Of a stretch of DNA of 64,000 bases, positions 24,601 to 35,458 are shown piece by piece. The notes beneath the pieces were generated by a model. It made no database searches. It was not told the origin of the DNA and worked only from the letters and a program-made list of their open reading frames with translations. The stretch's first letter is position 1; each line of letters begins with the position of its first letter. The stretch is from Phoronis australis (taxonomy: Eukaryota > Animalia > Phoronida). The DNA lies in the NCBI GenBank assembly GCA_002633005.1, contig NMRA01000388.1:284616-348615 (forward strand). The letters are read 5' to 3'. Both the position numbers and the translations under genes were made by a program.

Positions 24601-27375
24601 TACGCCATGTAAGATCTTTTTAATTCACACAACTCAATTGAATGCAAACAGTCAATTTTACCGTTGAAAAAACGCATTTGGGGCTATTGAATTTATTAGC
24701 CTTGACCAGAGCTATAAAACAGCATAACCCTCGTCGATTTCTAGCAAAGGCTGCCAGTCAATTTTTCTGAAATCGAGGCGGCGACCTCATCAGCTGTTTC
24801 GTTGCTAGATGCTGTGAAAATGGTCGACGCGGACAGCGTGTAGCTGATCAAAGCCTGCATAGACAAAGATTTATTTTCTGCGTAAGATGTGAGACAAAGA
24901 GGAGAGGCGTGGAAGTACATTAGAAGTATGTCCTCTCCAGCATCACGGTATGCATTTGGCAACGAAATCTAGCGCTGGACTGCCGTGCGAGACGAATTGA
25001 ACATTTCCATGGCCAGCTTTGGTTTAGACAGCCGGGTGGGTTTACATTATTCTCACGCCGTCTTTCGGGAATACCTTGACATTCATACTTACTTTTAATT
25101 GAATTTAAACGTAAACCTAATATTCTTGTTGAAAAACCTATCATGTTTCCAGTCTTTGCAAACCCTCGCTAAGTCTCAAATATTTTCGAATGATCTCGGC
25201 CAGTCGGCGTCATGAAAGTTCGCTTCCCTAAATGGGCAAATTCACTTTTTTAGAAAAACGATAACCTGAAGCAAAAAAAAACACATTCACATAAGAAAAT
25301 TAGTGTATTTTTTATGAAAATTCCGAAAAGCAATATTATTCCAAGATTTGTAAATTTTGTTTATCTTCGCGCGTTTTATTCTTTCTCCATTGCGTCACTT
25401 GAAGACCTTACATAAAATCGATAAATGTAAATACTCCAACCGCGGGCTATTTTCTCTGTAAATGCACAGCGTTCTTGACAATTTCTTATGCAATAAAATA
25501 ACCAATCGAGTATAGACTACCTGTAATTGTGGTAATTTTTCTGTCAACACGTTTTCATCACAGGTTGTAGTTCGCGTAGACGTCACAAGATAATGGAGTC
25601 CCATACCCAGTATATTTTGGAAACCATTCTATACACCGTTCCAAGAGTTTAAGTTGATTTTGATGTTGTCCACGACATTGCTAACTGCAGATTTTTTCTT
25701 TTTTTACTTTACTAAAAGTGAGTTCCCTCCGTCATCGTTGGCCATGTACAAATTACGCTTAATCTCATCATCGTTTTCGTGTTTTAGTGCCCCGTTCCGA
25801 GCGGGGGTGACTGGAATGACGAAACCGTTTCACGTAATTCGTGAGTTTTTTTAGCCAGTGCAACGTACAGACTAGCAAGGATTCGCAAATAACTACTCGG
25901 AGTCCCCCCCCCCGCGTCACATCACATCACTCAATAGGCTCGACAGTCGCTTTCTTGCGTTCTTTTTCACATTAACAGTTATATTGGTACCCTACCGAGA
26001 AACTAGACGGCTCGGATCTAGTCTAGCCCATGTCTGGTCATAGAAATGACGTAGAACAAATAATGGCCCTCCCAGCAGTAGGGCACATTTTCGTCTTCTC
26101 ATCGCAATGATCGACTATTACTTCACTGATGCATCTACATTGTCATGTAAATGAATCGTCATACTCAGTCACAATCGTGATTCTAGCGTGTCTTCGGTAC
26201 AACCTCGAAATGCAAAATTTTGAATTTGAATTTTTTAATTAAATTCATAATTTCAACCATCAATGTAGCGAGGATAGAACATCAGTGTGACTGTCACGTT
26301 GATTACTTATGCCGCACACCAGCCTAGGCCTGTTTCACTGCACGTACATATGCAATGTACATGATCGTTTGCATTATTCTCTAAGTTTGTGTTCATTCAT
26401 GTAGTTAGTTATTGCTGAACTTATCGATAATGTTTCATTAATCATCTTCTGCCTGATATGCGTTAGTTCTACGTACCTTCTCAACAAAGATTCAGTAAAA
26501 TTTTCTGCACTTTGTTCGTACCTTCTCAACAAAGATTCAGTAAAATTTTCTGCACTTTTTTCGTACCTTCTCAACAAAGATTCAGTAAAATTTTCTGCAC
26601 TTTGTTTTGCAATGCTAAGACGGTGAAACACTATTCACTGAGTCCCCTCTTTCCGTACCCGTCCAATCTCAAGTTGCAGCATAGAACGGCAAAACTGGCC
26701 ATGCCTAGTAGAGTTCTACGAGTCAGTTAAATCGGTTATTCTGAATTGGATCATTAATACAAGAGCCGATTTGAAGGCACTGGGCCCATATCCTGCTCGT
26801 CGGAAGCGTGTCGTTTTAGGGGCTTCGCAAAATTGTGTTTGCCCCACCCCCTTGCAATATTCTAGAACCCCAAGTGCATTAGCTAGTTGTTTTTATATGA
26901 TTAACTGTGAAGAGTCCACTCATTTTATGCGTTCCTTTATGCATAGCTTAAATTTGAAATGGCACAACAACGTATAATGTGGAAATAAGCAGAATAACGT
27001 GACTGACAGATGTTGGGAAGGTAATAAATGGTGAATCGTTGTCATAATGTGATGTTTTAGGCTTTATTTTCATGTTAATCTACGTAAACCCATTTGATTC
27101 AAATGAAAAATGTCAAATAACTTAGCACTAACAGATTTTGACTAGACCGAGGATGTAACCCTATTTGCTGAGCGACAGTCCGAATTCACCGTCAGTTTCA
27201 TTGTCCGGCTTGATTTAACCTTTCTTTTGACTACAACACTTGAACTCATGGTCAACAAGCAAAATGGAGGGGTAGGAAACACGCACTTACCTGAACATGC
27301 TCCCGACGGCAATGTCGAGAAAATCACGAAAATAATCCAATAACAAACTTTAAGGTTGATCCCGGAGTCTGTCAT
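487..27375 (-). CDS. PKHD1L1: Fibrocystin-L / PKHD1L1-like protein, 5' part (16 coding exons, 671 codons; continues beyond left edge)
   Basis: Exons 27291-27375, 18694-18889, 17142-17250, 15508-15568, 14102-14213, 12716-12745, 8781-8860, 7772-7909, 7028-7141, 6454-6549, 5167-5468, 4188-4279, 2313-2475, 1882-2002, 1153-1293, 487-659. All introns are GT..AG with matching phases and splice to one open frame of 2013 nt. Peptides such as TDAYGSN, KIEMFQQYAEVVSVSPSVGSTQGGTKITVVGRNF and the PA14-like YFVAPFTGRYKFYIKGDD follow the order recalled for vertebrate PKHD1L1. Orthology versus paralogy not established. Confidence 0.88.
1153..1293 (-). CDS. PKHD1L1: PKHD1L1-like exon 15 (KFTSDKRESELKAQLNGLP...VFTITFAAFC)
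   Basis: tttttcag acceptor, GTACGA donor, phase 1 to 1. Confidence 0.8.
1882..2002 (-). CDS. PKHD1L1: PKHD1L1-like exon 14 (TVVFDGIQSQSGKSSVQKVTVTTTDVANTFFRLCVYGLCT)
   Basis: ttccgcag acceptor, GTAAGT donor, phase 0 to 1. Confidence 0.85.
2313..2475 (-). CDS. PKHD1L1: PKHD1L1-like exon 13 (YYMSVAHMDGYSYGRVSVAVAFY...RKLEVQ)
   Basis: ttcgtgcag acceptor, GTGCAC donor, phase 2 to 0. Confidence 0.85.
4188..4279 (-). CDS. PKHD1L1: PKHD1L1-like exon 12 (KMIAYTTRYCKNFDIQESQKSEVFQLVKNKR)
   Basis: aatttcag acceptor, GTAAGG donor, PA14 continuation; phase 0 to 2. Confidence 0.87.
5167..5468 (-). CDS. PKHD1L1: PKHD1L1-like exon 11, PA14-like domain (NRGSTIYMM...YFVAPFTGRYKFYIKGDDIVQLYFS...HK)
   Basis: tctttcag acceptor, GTGAGT donor, PA14 G-x-Y-x-F...DD motif. 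Confidence 0.92.
6454..6549 (-). CDS. PKHD1L1: PKHD1L1-like exon 10 (VPCKVTSFDISKVECITGPKPAASDYDGFYQG)
   Basis: cattttag acceptor, GTAAGG donor, second half of TIG. Confidence 0.9.
7028..7141 (-). CDS. PKHD1L1: PKHD1L1-like exon 9, IPT/TIG (EVVSVSPSVGSTQGGTKITVVGRNFDNTNTSPIAISIEG)
   Basis: Canonical TIG motif VSP-x-x-GS-x-x-GGT-x-IT-x-x-G-x-x-F; AG/GT boundaries. Confidence 0.92.
7772..7909 (-). CDS. PKHD1L1: PKHD1L1-like exon 8 (GVNISLIESGGRGR...KIEMFQQYA)
   Basis: tttcccaacag acceptor, GTGAGA donor, MFQxYA motif. Confidence 0.87.
8781..8860 (-). CDS. PKHD1L1: PKHD1L1-like exon 7 (QADLLKVDSEHSDWGYAYCKVMGNEIG)
   Basis: cttttttcag acceptor, GTGAGT donor, phase 2 to 1. Confidence 0.85.
9669..9872 (-). 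mobile_element. 5'-truncated LINE 3' end with (CA)n tail, nested in the Gypsy element
   Basis: Encodes SLSNFVKETGRLENLIYEEP* and a 3' UTR clearly similar to 54023-54184; GT microsatellite at 9669-9713 is the minus-strand tail. Confidence 0.7.
10249..10295. repeat. (TGCACTA)n heptamer tandem repeat, ~6 copies
   Basis: tgcactatgcactatgcacta... read directly. Confidence 0.9.
11401..11870. mobile_element. Possible degraded Tc1/mariner(pogo)-type MITE
   Basis: Right end ...AAATACACGCCCATGGGCTCATCTATGGAAAATCTCGGTA; partial inverted match TGGGCGTTTATTTGGA near 11451; TA at both ends. Confidence 0.35.
12716..12745 (-). CDS. PKHD1L1: PKHD1L1-like exon 6, 30-nt micro-exon (GIAGSQECR)
   Basis: tatattttag acceptor, GTAAGT donor, symmetric phase 2-2; supplies the TIG G-x-x-C motif. 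Confidence 0.68.
14102..14213 (-). CDS. PKHD1L1: PKHD1L1-like exon 5 (GETLLKMRGVFYTDAYGSNTVNTRPHKDHEGIDIKFTR)
   Basis: tattacag acceptor, GTCCGT donor, TDxYGSN motif; phase 1 to 2. Confidence 0.85.
15508..15568 (-). CDS. PKHD1L1: PKHD1L1-like exon 4 (VQKWLSPYIYNILPRSGPAG)
   Basis: ttttctag acceptor, GTGTGT donor, start of a TIG repeat; phase 0 to 1. Confidence 0.82.
17142..17250 (-). CDS. PKHD1L1: PKHD1L1-like exon 3 (EMEIDTYHVRVRVRGVDVHNKRICNNRPTAYSCRVY)
   Basis: ttcctttccag acceptor, GTAAGT donor, phase 2 to 0. Confidence 0.87.
18694..18889 (-). CDS. PKHD1L1: PKHD1L1-like exon 2, first IPT/TIG domain (DEPYISEIQPRHIGRFGAGKLWVFGGNF...KLACYS)
   Basis: ttttgttgcag acceptor, GTAAGT donor, TIG-type motif. 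Confidence 0.88.
26472..26606. repeat. 45-bp minisatellite x3
   Basis: cgtaccttctcaacaaagattcagtaaaattttctgcactttgtt at 26472, 26517, 26562. Confidence 0.95.
27291..27375 (-). CDS. PKHD1L1: PKHD1L1-like exon 1 (signal peptide MTDSGINLKVCYWIIFVIFSTLPSGACS)
   Basis: ATG, hydrophobic core, GTAAGT donor; phase 1 matches the next exon. Confidence 0.7.
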
Positions 27376-30019
27376 GACTATTCGTCAACTGCGGAATCAC
27401 AGCCCAAAAGTGAGAATGACCAAGCCACCTGCTTTCGTAAGTATGCGCATGCGTTAGAAATTAAATGGCCCGAACAATTCATGTCTTGTGTGTTCAACAA
27501 CAGAGGTTTTGTTTGCAGCCGCTGCAATGTTTGAAGAGTTTTGTTTTGGTGTTTTGCCAGACTGAATTCCATTGTGAAAATTGCCTAAGGAAATAAATTG
27601 TGACGGAAAATTACCCAAACGATGGACTTTCCAGGTGGAAGAATTTCAAAAGAATTGGAAGCATTTTCGCATAATATTTTCAGTGGTCTTCTAAAATAAT
27701 CGATACCTGCCTGATCTGACGACCTCTTCCTCCAGCACAGGAGGTCATTGACATCCGTTATGTGCTGATTTTGTTAGGTCTAATTTGTTCAGTGTTTTGA
27801 CAGAAATTGTCGGTTGATGGTCCGACCGACGGTCCATTGGTCCGAAGCCGATTGCACTTAATTATACATATATGTGAGTGATCATTCTTTTGATGAATTG
27901 TTGCCAACTTGAAAACACCATTGCATTGAGCAAATGAGTTATGACAATTAAATTCACTCAAGCCAGATATTATAAACAAATAGCCCAACTATTTTCGTGA
28001 AATGACATAGGGTTTACACATGTGCTAAAATCGAAACTCCATCGCTCGCGATATATTCACTTCAAATTCGGTTTAAATGGCCATAATAGGTTTCACGACT
28101 GAAAACGCATTTTGGGATCATTATTGGATGTGCTACACGTCTTGAAATCATTACCTTTAGGCAAGTGCTATGAAACCGTTGTATTTTTGTGCTTTTATTA
28201 CCAATGCGCCCTCGTCAATTTTAGCCAAGAGCCAAGGTCCCGTGTTTTCGGTTAAAAACATGCACAAAGGCGCGCAAGCCAGAATAAGCTAGGCACCATT
28301 TGCCAAGTGATGGGTAAAAAAAAAACAAATAGCTCATAATTTTGGTCGTCACAGGTGGATTTTCGTTTTGGAAAAAATAACAACTAAAATACTGCACAAC
28401 CGAGTCACGATTTTCAAATCAAATCCACTGACCAGAACCATCAATGCTTATTGACCTTATGAATTTGCGGAGACGCTTTACAGTGTTTAAGTGTGCCCAA
28501 GTTTTGCACCGGGTTAGGAACACAGTTGTTTTTTTCGGATCGCGTCACGGTGTTGAATTCAACCAATGCGTAGGCCACGTCTTCGTCGCTGTGACCAAGG
28601 TGCCTTCGAAATAATGGGGGTTCTCAAAAACTGTCGGGTCTAATTGGCCTTGAATTCCCTGCAAGACGTTGATGGCACCTCGCTCGTATTCTGGGAGGAT
28701 GTCGGAGAATCGACATGTTAGAGAAAGCCTACACCCGAGCCCCGTAATTAATCCCCAGTGGCCTGGAGACAGCACGCCTTATAAACGTCATACAAGTACT
28801 GAGTGTTTCAACAAGTATTTATTGCAAGACCCGTTCACAATGACACCAAACTAGATTCTATTTCCAGGTCAGCACAGGACACCGACAAAGTATGCACATG
28901 CGATAAAGTTACAAGAAGTATCTTTTACACACCAAATGAAAATTGTGTGCAGATATTTGGCGGCTTTAACACTTTCCCTTGTACATTTACTAGCCAATTA
29001 TACAAATTAAGTCACTGCAATTTTATGGACTAATTGTATGCTGTCACTTGTCAGCCATCTCTGGAAGCAATTTCCAAAAGAACACCTACAAGGTTGCTAC
29101 TAATCGTAAACACTCAAGAACAGGACAACTGGCAACGGTAGAGGTCATGACTCAAGCAAAATTCTGGACGTCTCTCTACAGACAATTATCTTCCTTATCT
29201 GCCACTAGATCGCAAGCTGCACGCAATCCTAATTGCGTTATGCTGCAATATGCCGAGGAAGTAGTCAACCTGTTTTAATTTTTTTGCTAAACCTGATACG
29301 CCATAGTCTTGCAAAATAACTCAGGTATGTTAATGAAACAAGGCTGTTTTTACGCAAAAACCCAAACTTTCCGCATTTTTCTCACTAAGTTCAAATTGAA
29401 GTTGTTTTCAATGAACCGTTTTAATTGTCATAATGCCTGTTTAGGGATGCACGTATCAGCTGTATCTCATATTGCACTTTGCCTCTCAAACCTTGTATAA
29501 ATTAGCCCCTTCCAATCTCGACACCTACCGTTGAGACTGTCGTGCTCCACTACCAATCTGAAAATTTTACTATACGCTCCTACTTTGCTGACATAGCTTT
29601 GGCGCCAAGTACTATCTTACGTAAGAAACATGTTCGCGACTTGCGAGAAAGCCAACATTTTTTGTTACAATGTTCACTGCAATGCGTTGACTGAAGCCCC
29701 GGGAAGTCTCATCAGGGTGGTACCACACAAAAGCAAATCATTGACACGGACTAAGTCCAATGAAAACAACCGAATTGCAAACCAGGTTTGTTAATTCAAT
29801 CCTTAGAGCAGGCCCGTAGGAAGGCAAAAATTATTGGGGGGCACAAACCAATTCGACTTCGCCAACCGACCTGCATCCTATCGCCAACAACATCAAGGAA
29901 ATGCAAAGGGAACCTTTCCAAGTTGATGAGAAATAAGTTTAATTTTATTTATTTAAGCACTGAAACTTCTTTTTCGATCTACGGCTTGTGAAATTAAACC
30001 CAGTAATCTATTTCCTAAG

Positions 30020-30605
30020 TCAATAAAAAATTTATTGCCATTTGAATTGTGAAAAAGTTTTAACACACATTCATCAATGTCTTTGAGATTTATTTCAGAT
30101 AGACAAATCAAATCGTTTAGTGTACTTTTATATTTAGGAATCTGATGATAGATCGAATTTTCCCAATGTCTGCCTGTAACTAAGTTCGTTGAAACATTGT
30201 CATTTCTTACAAGATTAGCTTCTAATTGTAAAAAAATCATCCGTCAATCATTCCACACCAACATGTAATTCTGAAACCAACAATCGAATCCATCAGCAAT
30301 GCATTTGCTTTGATTTAATGACTTAATTCCGTTTTGATCCCCTGTTAGTGAGTTTAAATGACAAATCTTGTACCGTAGTCAAAAAGCAATGCATTTATTG
30401 TCATTTGAAATGTGAGTAAATTTTTGGGAATTGTCCAAATTTCACCATTGTCTTTGAGAGTTCTTTTAGATAGACAAGAAGCATGCAAGTGCACTTTACT
30501 ATTTGGGATCTGATAATACAGTTTTCCATATTGAGGCTTCAACTAAATTCATTGAACCATCATCATTTCTTAAAATATTAGCTTCTAATTCCCAAAAATC
30601 ATCTA
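30020..30605. repeat. Two diverged direct copies of a ~220-bp interspersed repeat (third copy ~56915-57120)
   Basis: Shared motifs tttattg(c/t)catttgaa..gtga, tgtctttgaga, agatagacaa, aactaa, tcatttctta..a..ttagcttctaatt at ~30030-30240 and ~30390-30605. Confidence 0.65.
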
Positions 30606-31885
30606 TTGACATGTCGGTTTTTGTAGATACATAAACATGTAAAACACTTGTTTATCAAAATGGAATGTTATAAGCAATTTCCGCAGGGATAATCACAGAT
30701 TTTTCACGGGTAACCCGGGGAACATGGGAGATGGGGCATTCATATTTGCTTATTTACGAGGTACCTATAACGGTGCGGTTCACGAGTTTATCTTGAAATC
30801 CAAAACAGCGGTGAAATATTTGTATATTATTGCCAGTATTTTGACAAGTACACGATCATCACAAAACGTAGCCCACAGTCTTTTCGACATTTGTGAATTC
30901 ATTACAAACAGTTCCAAGTAACGACCTTCAAAAGAAATACTATTTTTGTGATACCATTGGAAAAATATGACATTATTTATAACTAATCCGTCAGAAGTAG
31001 CCTATTTTGTAATTCACAAATAGTGATCTTCACGTTCTTCAAATTTCCAACTTTTGATGGTGGTCAATCCTATTGTATTTTCAAATTTTTGGTTGTTTGG
31101 GTCGAATGTTTTGAAGCTTCTGTGCTGTGCACGGTTGTTTTGAAATCTCAACTTCCCCTCGTGAATACTTGGCAGTGTCGGATTTACATACATGTATATA
31201 GAGGGACACCCTATCTACATTTTCAAAAGTCAGGAAATGCGCAGCAATTGATGTTATCTGCCAGGCCATCAATTTTCCCAAGTGATACGCTGTACACAAT
31301 TTAGAGAAAGAAAAACACGAAAAAATAGAGCGACAGTTGTCTATCTTACTCTTTGCTCTGGAAAATATAATTTTGATTTTCTGCATTTGCAAAATAGTCT
31401 AGACGCATTTCTGGAAAATGTGCATGTTAGAGGCATTTTTTAGTAAAAGTGGAGAACCTATCTTTTTAGCATAATTATGGTGTGCTGATTTCGATTATGC
31501 CTGTTCCCCAGCTGGATTTTGAGTTTTTGACCATCTAATTTGCATAAACAAAATGGCCGCCAAACCAACAAGATATGAAACATTCGTAAGACCAGGAGTA
31601 AGATATGTGACGAATAATTAGGAAATTTTTGCTACAAAAACATAGTATAAGTTTGTTTAGATCACTTAAATTTAAGAGCATATTAATGAACGTCATTAAA
31701 TTCCCCAATTATGCTAATTAGCTTCCGCCATTACCAAAAAATTCAAATTTCGGTGTAACTTTATCAATTTGCAGGCAAACATGACAAATAAGGTGTCTAT
31801 ACCTATGTTTTGAAGGTCTAGAAAAATCATTATGACACATGTGAAGCTTTTTATTTCATCTTCACTAAGTTACAAATGCTCATTA

Positions 31886-32037
31886 NNNNNNNNNNNNNNN
31901 NNNNNNNNNNNNNNNNNNNNNNNNNNNNNNNNNNNNNNNNNNNNNNNNNNNNNNNNNNNNNNNNNNNNNNNNNNNNNNNNNNNNNNNNNNNNNNNNNNNN
32001 NNNNNNNNNNNNNNNNNNNNNNNNNNNNNNNNNNNNN
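31886..32037. other. Assembly gap (N run)
   Basis: Run of n. Confidence 1.
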
Positions 32038-32044
32038 TTGCCAA

Positions 32045-33527
32045 CTTATATGATGTGGTGAAACAAACCAAAGACAAAGACAAAGACAAGAAAATAGTTC
32101 TTAAGGCAGAGAGAGATATACTTCGCTGCCTAGCTACGGCTTATATGGCGGGTCGGCCAGTTGATTTGCCGTCTGTGCTCAAACGCGAGCTTCTTCCAGT
32201 CCATGTTTTCTTACAGAAACGAGTGGCACATTGCGCACTGGAGATAAATCTTCACTTGCCGAAGTATTAGTAGTTAACACATCGACTGTCCTAAAACAAT
32301 TCAACTTCATGGCACGCCCGTTTGCCTCATTATTGATGGCGAAGCATTGCTGGTAGCTCTTGGGAAGCTTGATGGTGATGTGACCTTCGAGAACCTGGCT
32401 GATTCATTCATGAAAACAGTGCTAAACACAGGATTTCGATATCATAAAACTGACATTGTATTTGACAGATACAGACAAGAAACTATGAAGTACTCCGTAG
32501 TAAAGGAATACAGCAAATCAGGTGATTTTTGGAAGGCCGTGGTGTACCTCTTCCTCAAAACTGGTCAAATTTTGGGGCACTGGCTGAGAATAAAGCAGAC
32601 CTAGCACATTTCTTGTCAGAGGAACTGTGTTTGTAGACGCCTGAAGATAAAGAGGTTATGGTTGCAGGAGGTTCAAAGATGAGCTGGAAGTCAATTAAAC
32701 CATCTAAGGATATGACTGATTTGAGGACTCTGAAATCCGCACATGAAAAAGCAGATGCAAGACTGGTACTGCATGCTGTCCACAGTCAGTCGTGTTTTCC
32801 AGGGACACCCGATGTTCTACTGCATCTGGTATCGCACTTCCAACAAATGCAAAGTGAGCATATCTGAATGATATCAGGCACATCAAAGAAATGACGATAT
32901 ATATACCTATTGAAGCAACTTTTCAACAAACTACTAAGAGACTCAGCAACATCCTTGTTTGCTTTTCATGCTGTGACCGGGTTTGGAACCAACTCGTACT
33001 TTTTTGCCAATCACATGAAACAATCATCATGGAAGGTGTTCCTAGAGCATCACAGATTGCTTAAGAGCCCCTGCATTGGTTAACTCAATGAGCAAATTAC
33101 GATGGCTTCAGAAGTATTTGTCTGCAGAATATACGACACGACCAGAACAGTCCTGTAGATGTAGCACGCCATTTACTATTCTCCAAGCCCATGAACCCAG
33201 AAGTCCTTCCCCCAACGCTTAATGCCCGCCGTTTCCATCTGATGAGAGTGCACTACCAGGTCAAGGTATGGCGAAATGATCACTTTTCCATACCTGAGCT
33301 CCCAGCACCCTCTGATATGGGAGGGACACACAAACTTATGCTTGCAGCCCATACTGATGACACATAGTTCAATCCCAGACAGCTGCCTAGAGATGGTATT
33401 CTGTGCATGCCAGGAACAACGCAACAGCAAACAATGCAAATGCAAGAAATATGGATTTCAATGCATATCATTATGCTCATGCCAGCAGCACAATGATGAT
33501 CAGATTCCTTGTATGCAAACAGTTTGA
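32045..33527 (+). pseudogene. Academ-type transposase C-terminal region (PIN/XPG-like nuclease and CXC/Cys8 finger), frameshifted
   Basis: ORF fragments 32055-32270, 32347-32604, 32658-32867 and 33276-33527 in shifting frames carry colinear motifs. Confidence 0.8.
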
Positions 33528-34946
33528 TTTGCCTGGCTTCAGGCATGTTAAAAAGTACCAAACATTGAATGCTAAAACTGTGTTCAACAGACCTGAAAAC
33601 AATTCATGCAACTGAGAATTTAATGTCTTCAATAACAATAACTATATTGGTTTTTTATGAATGGAAGATAACGGGATAGTGTGAACATTTGTCCTATTTT
33701 CCATCAAAATAGTGACACCTTGCTTGACGAGCATTGCAGATTAAAGACTATTTTTTCCACATTATGTAAGTATACATCTATAACCCAATGAATATGAAAT
33801 AAATTGCTCTAAAAATGTCTTTAGCATGTTTGTTGACCATGAAAATATTAGTATAAACACCTCATTTTTCAAGTTAGCCTGCAGGAACACAAACTTAAGA
33901 CGCAAATTACATTGTATGGTAATGGCGGCACCTAATTTGCATAATTAGTTTTCAGAGTTGCATTTTTTAGTATTCATAAGTGATTTATTGCTCAAGAAGT
34001 ATTTATAAGAAGTGTACAGGTGAGACATTTCACCATTTTAAATGGTATATGGTGATTTCTATTACAAAAATACATCTGAAGTTGACAATTTGGCCGCCAT
34101 TTTGTTTATGCAAATTAGATGGTCAAAAATGCAAAATTCGGCTTGGAAACAGGGTTAGTTGAATTCGCCATACCCTGATTGTGTGAAAAAGTCTTGTTCC
34201 CAACTTTTACTAAAAAATGCTTCTAGAACCTTATACAGGGCTCTTTTCAGGAAATGCGTCTAGACTAAAACTGTCTTATTGAATTTAAAAGTCCAGTGAA
34301 TTAACATGCCCACTTCGCCAAATGGGGGCTCCCTGGGTGAGCGCATCTTATCATCTCAGTAAGGAACAAGTTGAGTCCAGTTTTATAGCAGTTAGTGATC
34401 TTAATCTTTTGATATAGACCGTTGGATATTTTAAAAACTACTCTCAGATTGCTCCATACTCAGACTGAAAGTGATTTCTAGACGTGGGAAAGACGGACAG
34501 TTCGTTTTGGTCGAGACCATGCAAGTTCAATACATTGTGCTGACTCTGCGAGTCGTTTAATGCGCGGAATATCATCCGTTCCTTCCAGTACAAGAAACCC
34601 ATTCTAATCTGTGTAAATAACACATTTGTATGAGTGATGTGGCACAATGTGATCTAAATCAAAATTATTTTGATAGCGCTTATCCTGGAGACGTCTACTA
34701 TAAGAGGTGTGACATGCGTCTGCACCCAGTTTACAACGTGGGTCACTTTTTCCATTTAGCTATAACTCCAACAAAGCTGTTACTTTCGGAGTTTTCAATC
34801 AATATGCTTATTGGAATTATCTCAAATCGGCTTCTAGAAACTGCTTTAGTTCCTGCTACACGTAAGACAGCGGTCATTAGTTGCCGCTGAGCTGTGCAAG
34901 TACAAATGTACCACGTTATAGGAGTGGGTAGAGTTCAGCAACTATA

Positions 34947-35458
34947 GGACCTTGATAAAAAGCAAGAATTCGCGAGATTACGTGATATTTCCCCGTGTAT
35001 TTTAAATGAGAACATACGACTTTGGCTAGATTTTAGGGAGGTCCTAGCGCAGGTCTTAGCGTTAATGAACTCTACCCTCGCGGGTTCGTTTGCATGAATA
35101 TTGCTGACGGAAAGTTGGTCTTACGCTCCCAATTCACAAGTGATGAATAAAGGTTTAGCCAAGTAATTATGCAGCCATCACAATCTAAAAACACTTTATA
35201 GCGGTTATCTGAGTAACTACAGTAGAGTTATGTGTATACTCTCAGAGACTGCACTTTTGCTCAAGTGAGAGTTAACTATTTTTCATAAATAGTCAATGTG
35301 GAGTGCAATACTGCCTTTTCATAAAACAAATCTGGCCCAGGTGAGCGATCAGTAACGCTAGGACCTACCTAAAATCTAGTTCAAGTCAGGTGTGCGTATT
35401 TAAAATACACGGCTATATCGCACGTAATCTCACGAAGTCTTTCTTTTTAGCGAGATCC
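34947..35458. mobile_element. MITE with ~105-bp imperfect TIRs (Kolobok-like GG...CC ends)
   Basis: ggaccttgataaaaagcaagaattcgcgagattacgtg...gtgtattttaaat...ctagattttagggaggtcctagcg is inverted relative to 35355-35458; flanks are TATA and TTAA. Confidence 0.7.

Larger units (their letters stand above)
31395..34267 (+). mobile_element. Academ-type (XPG/PIN nuclease + Cys-rich finger) DNA transposon, decayed
   Basis: Termini TAGTCTAGACGCATTTC...GAAATGCGTCTAGACTA with AAA on both flanks. Imperfect inverted similarity extends ~400 bp (e.g. gaccatctaatttgcataaacaaaatggc / gccattttgtttatgcaaattagatggtc). Broken ORF contains LIIDGEAL, DIVFDRY, HEKADARLVLHA, AFHAVTG, LPPT...HLMRVHYQ and CAC...CKCKKYGFQCISLCSC. 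Confidence 0.82.

Noticed and set aside
25801-25915. Tiny element with GCGGGGG.GACT / AGTCCCCCCCCCGC ends
   Set aside because: Short low-complexity inverted match with no clear TSD.
26374-26730. ORFs with repeated peptides
   Set aside because: By-product of the 45-bp minisatellite.
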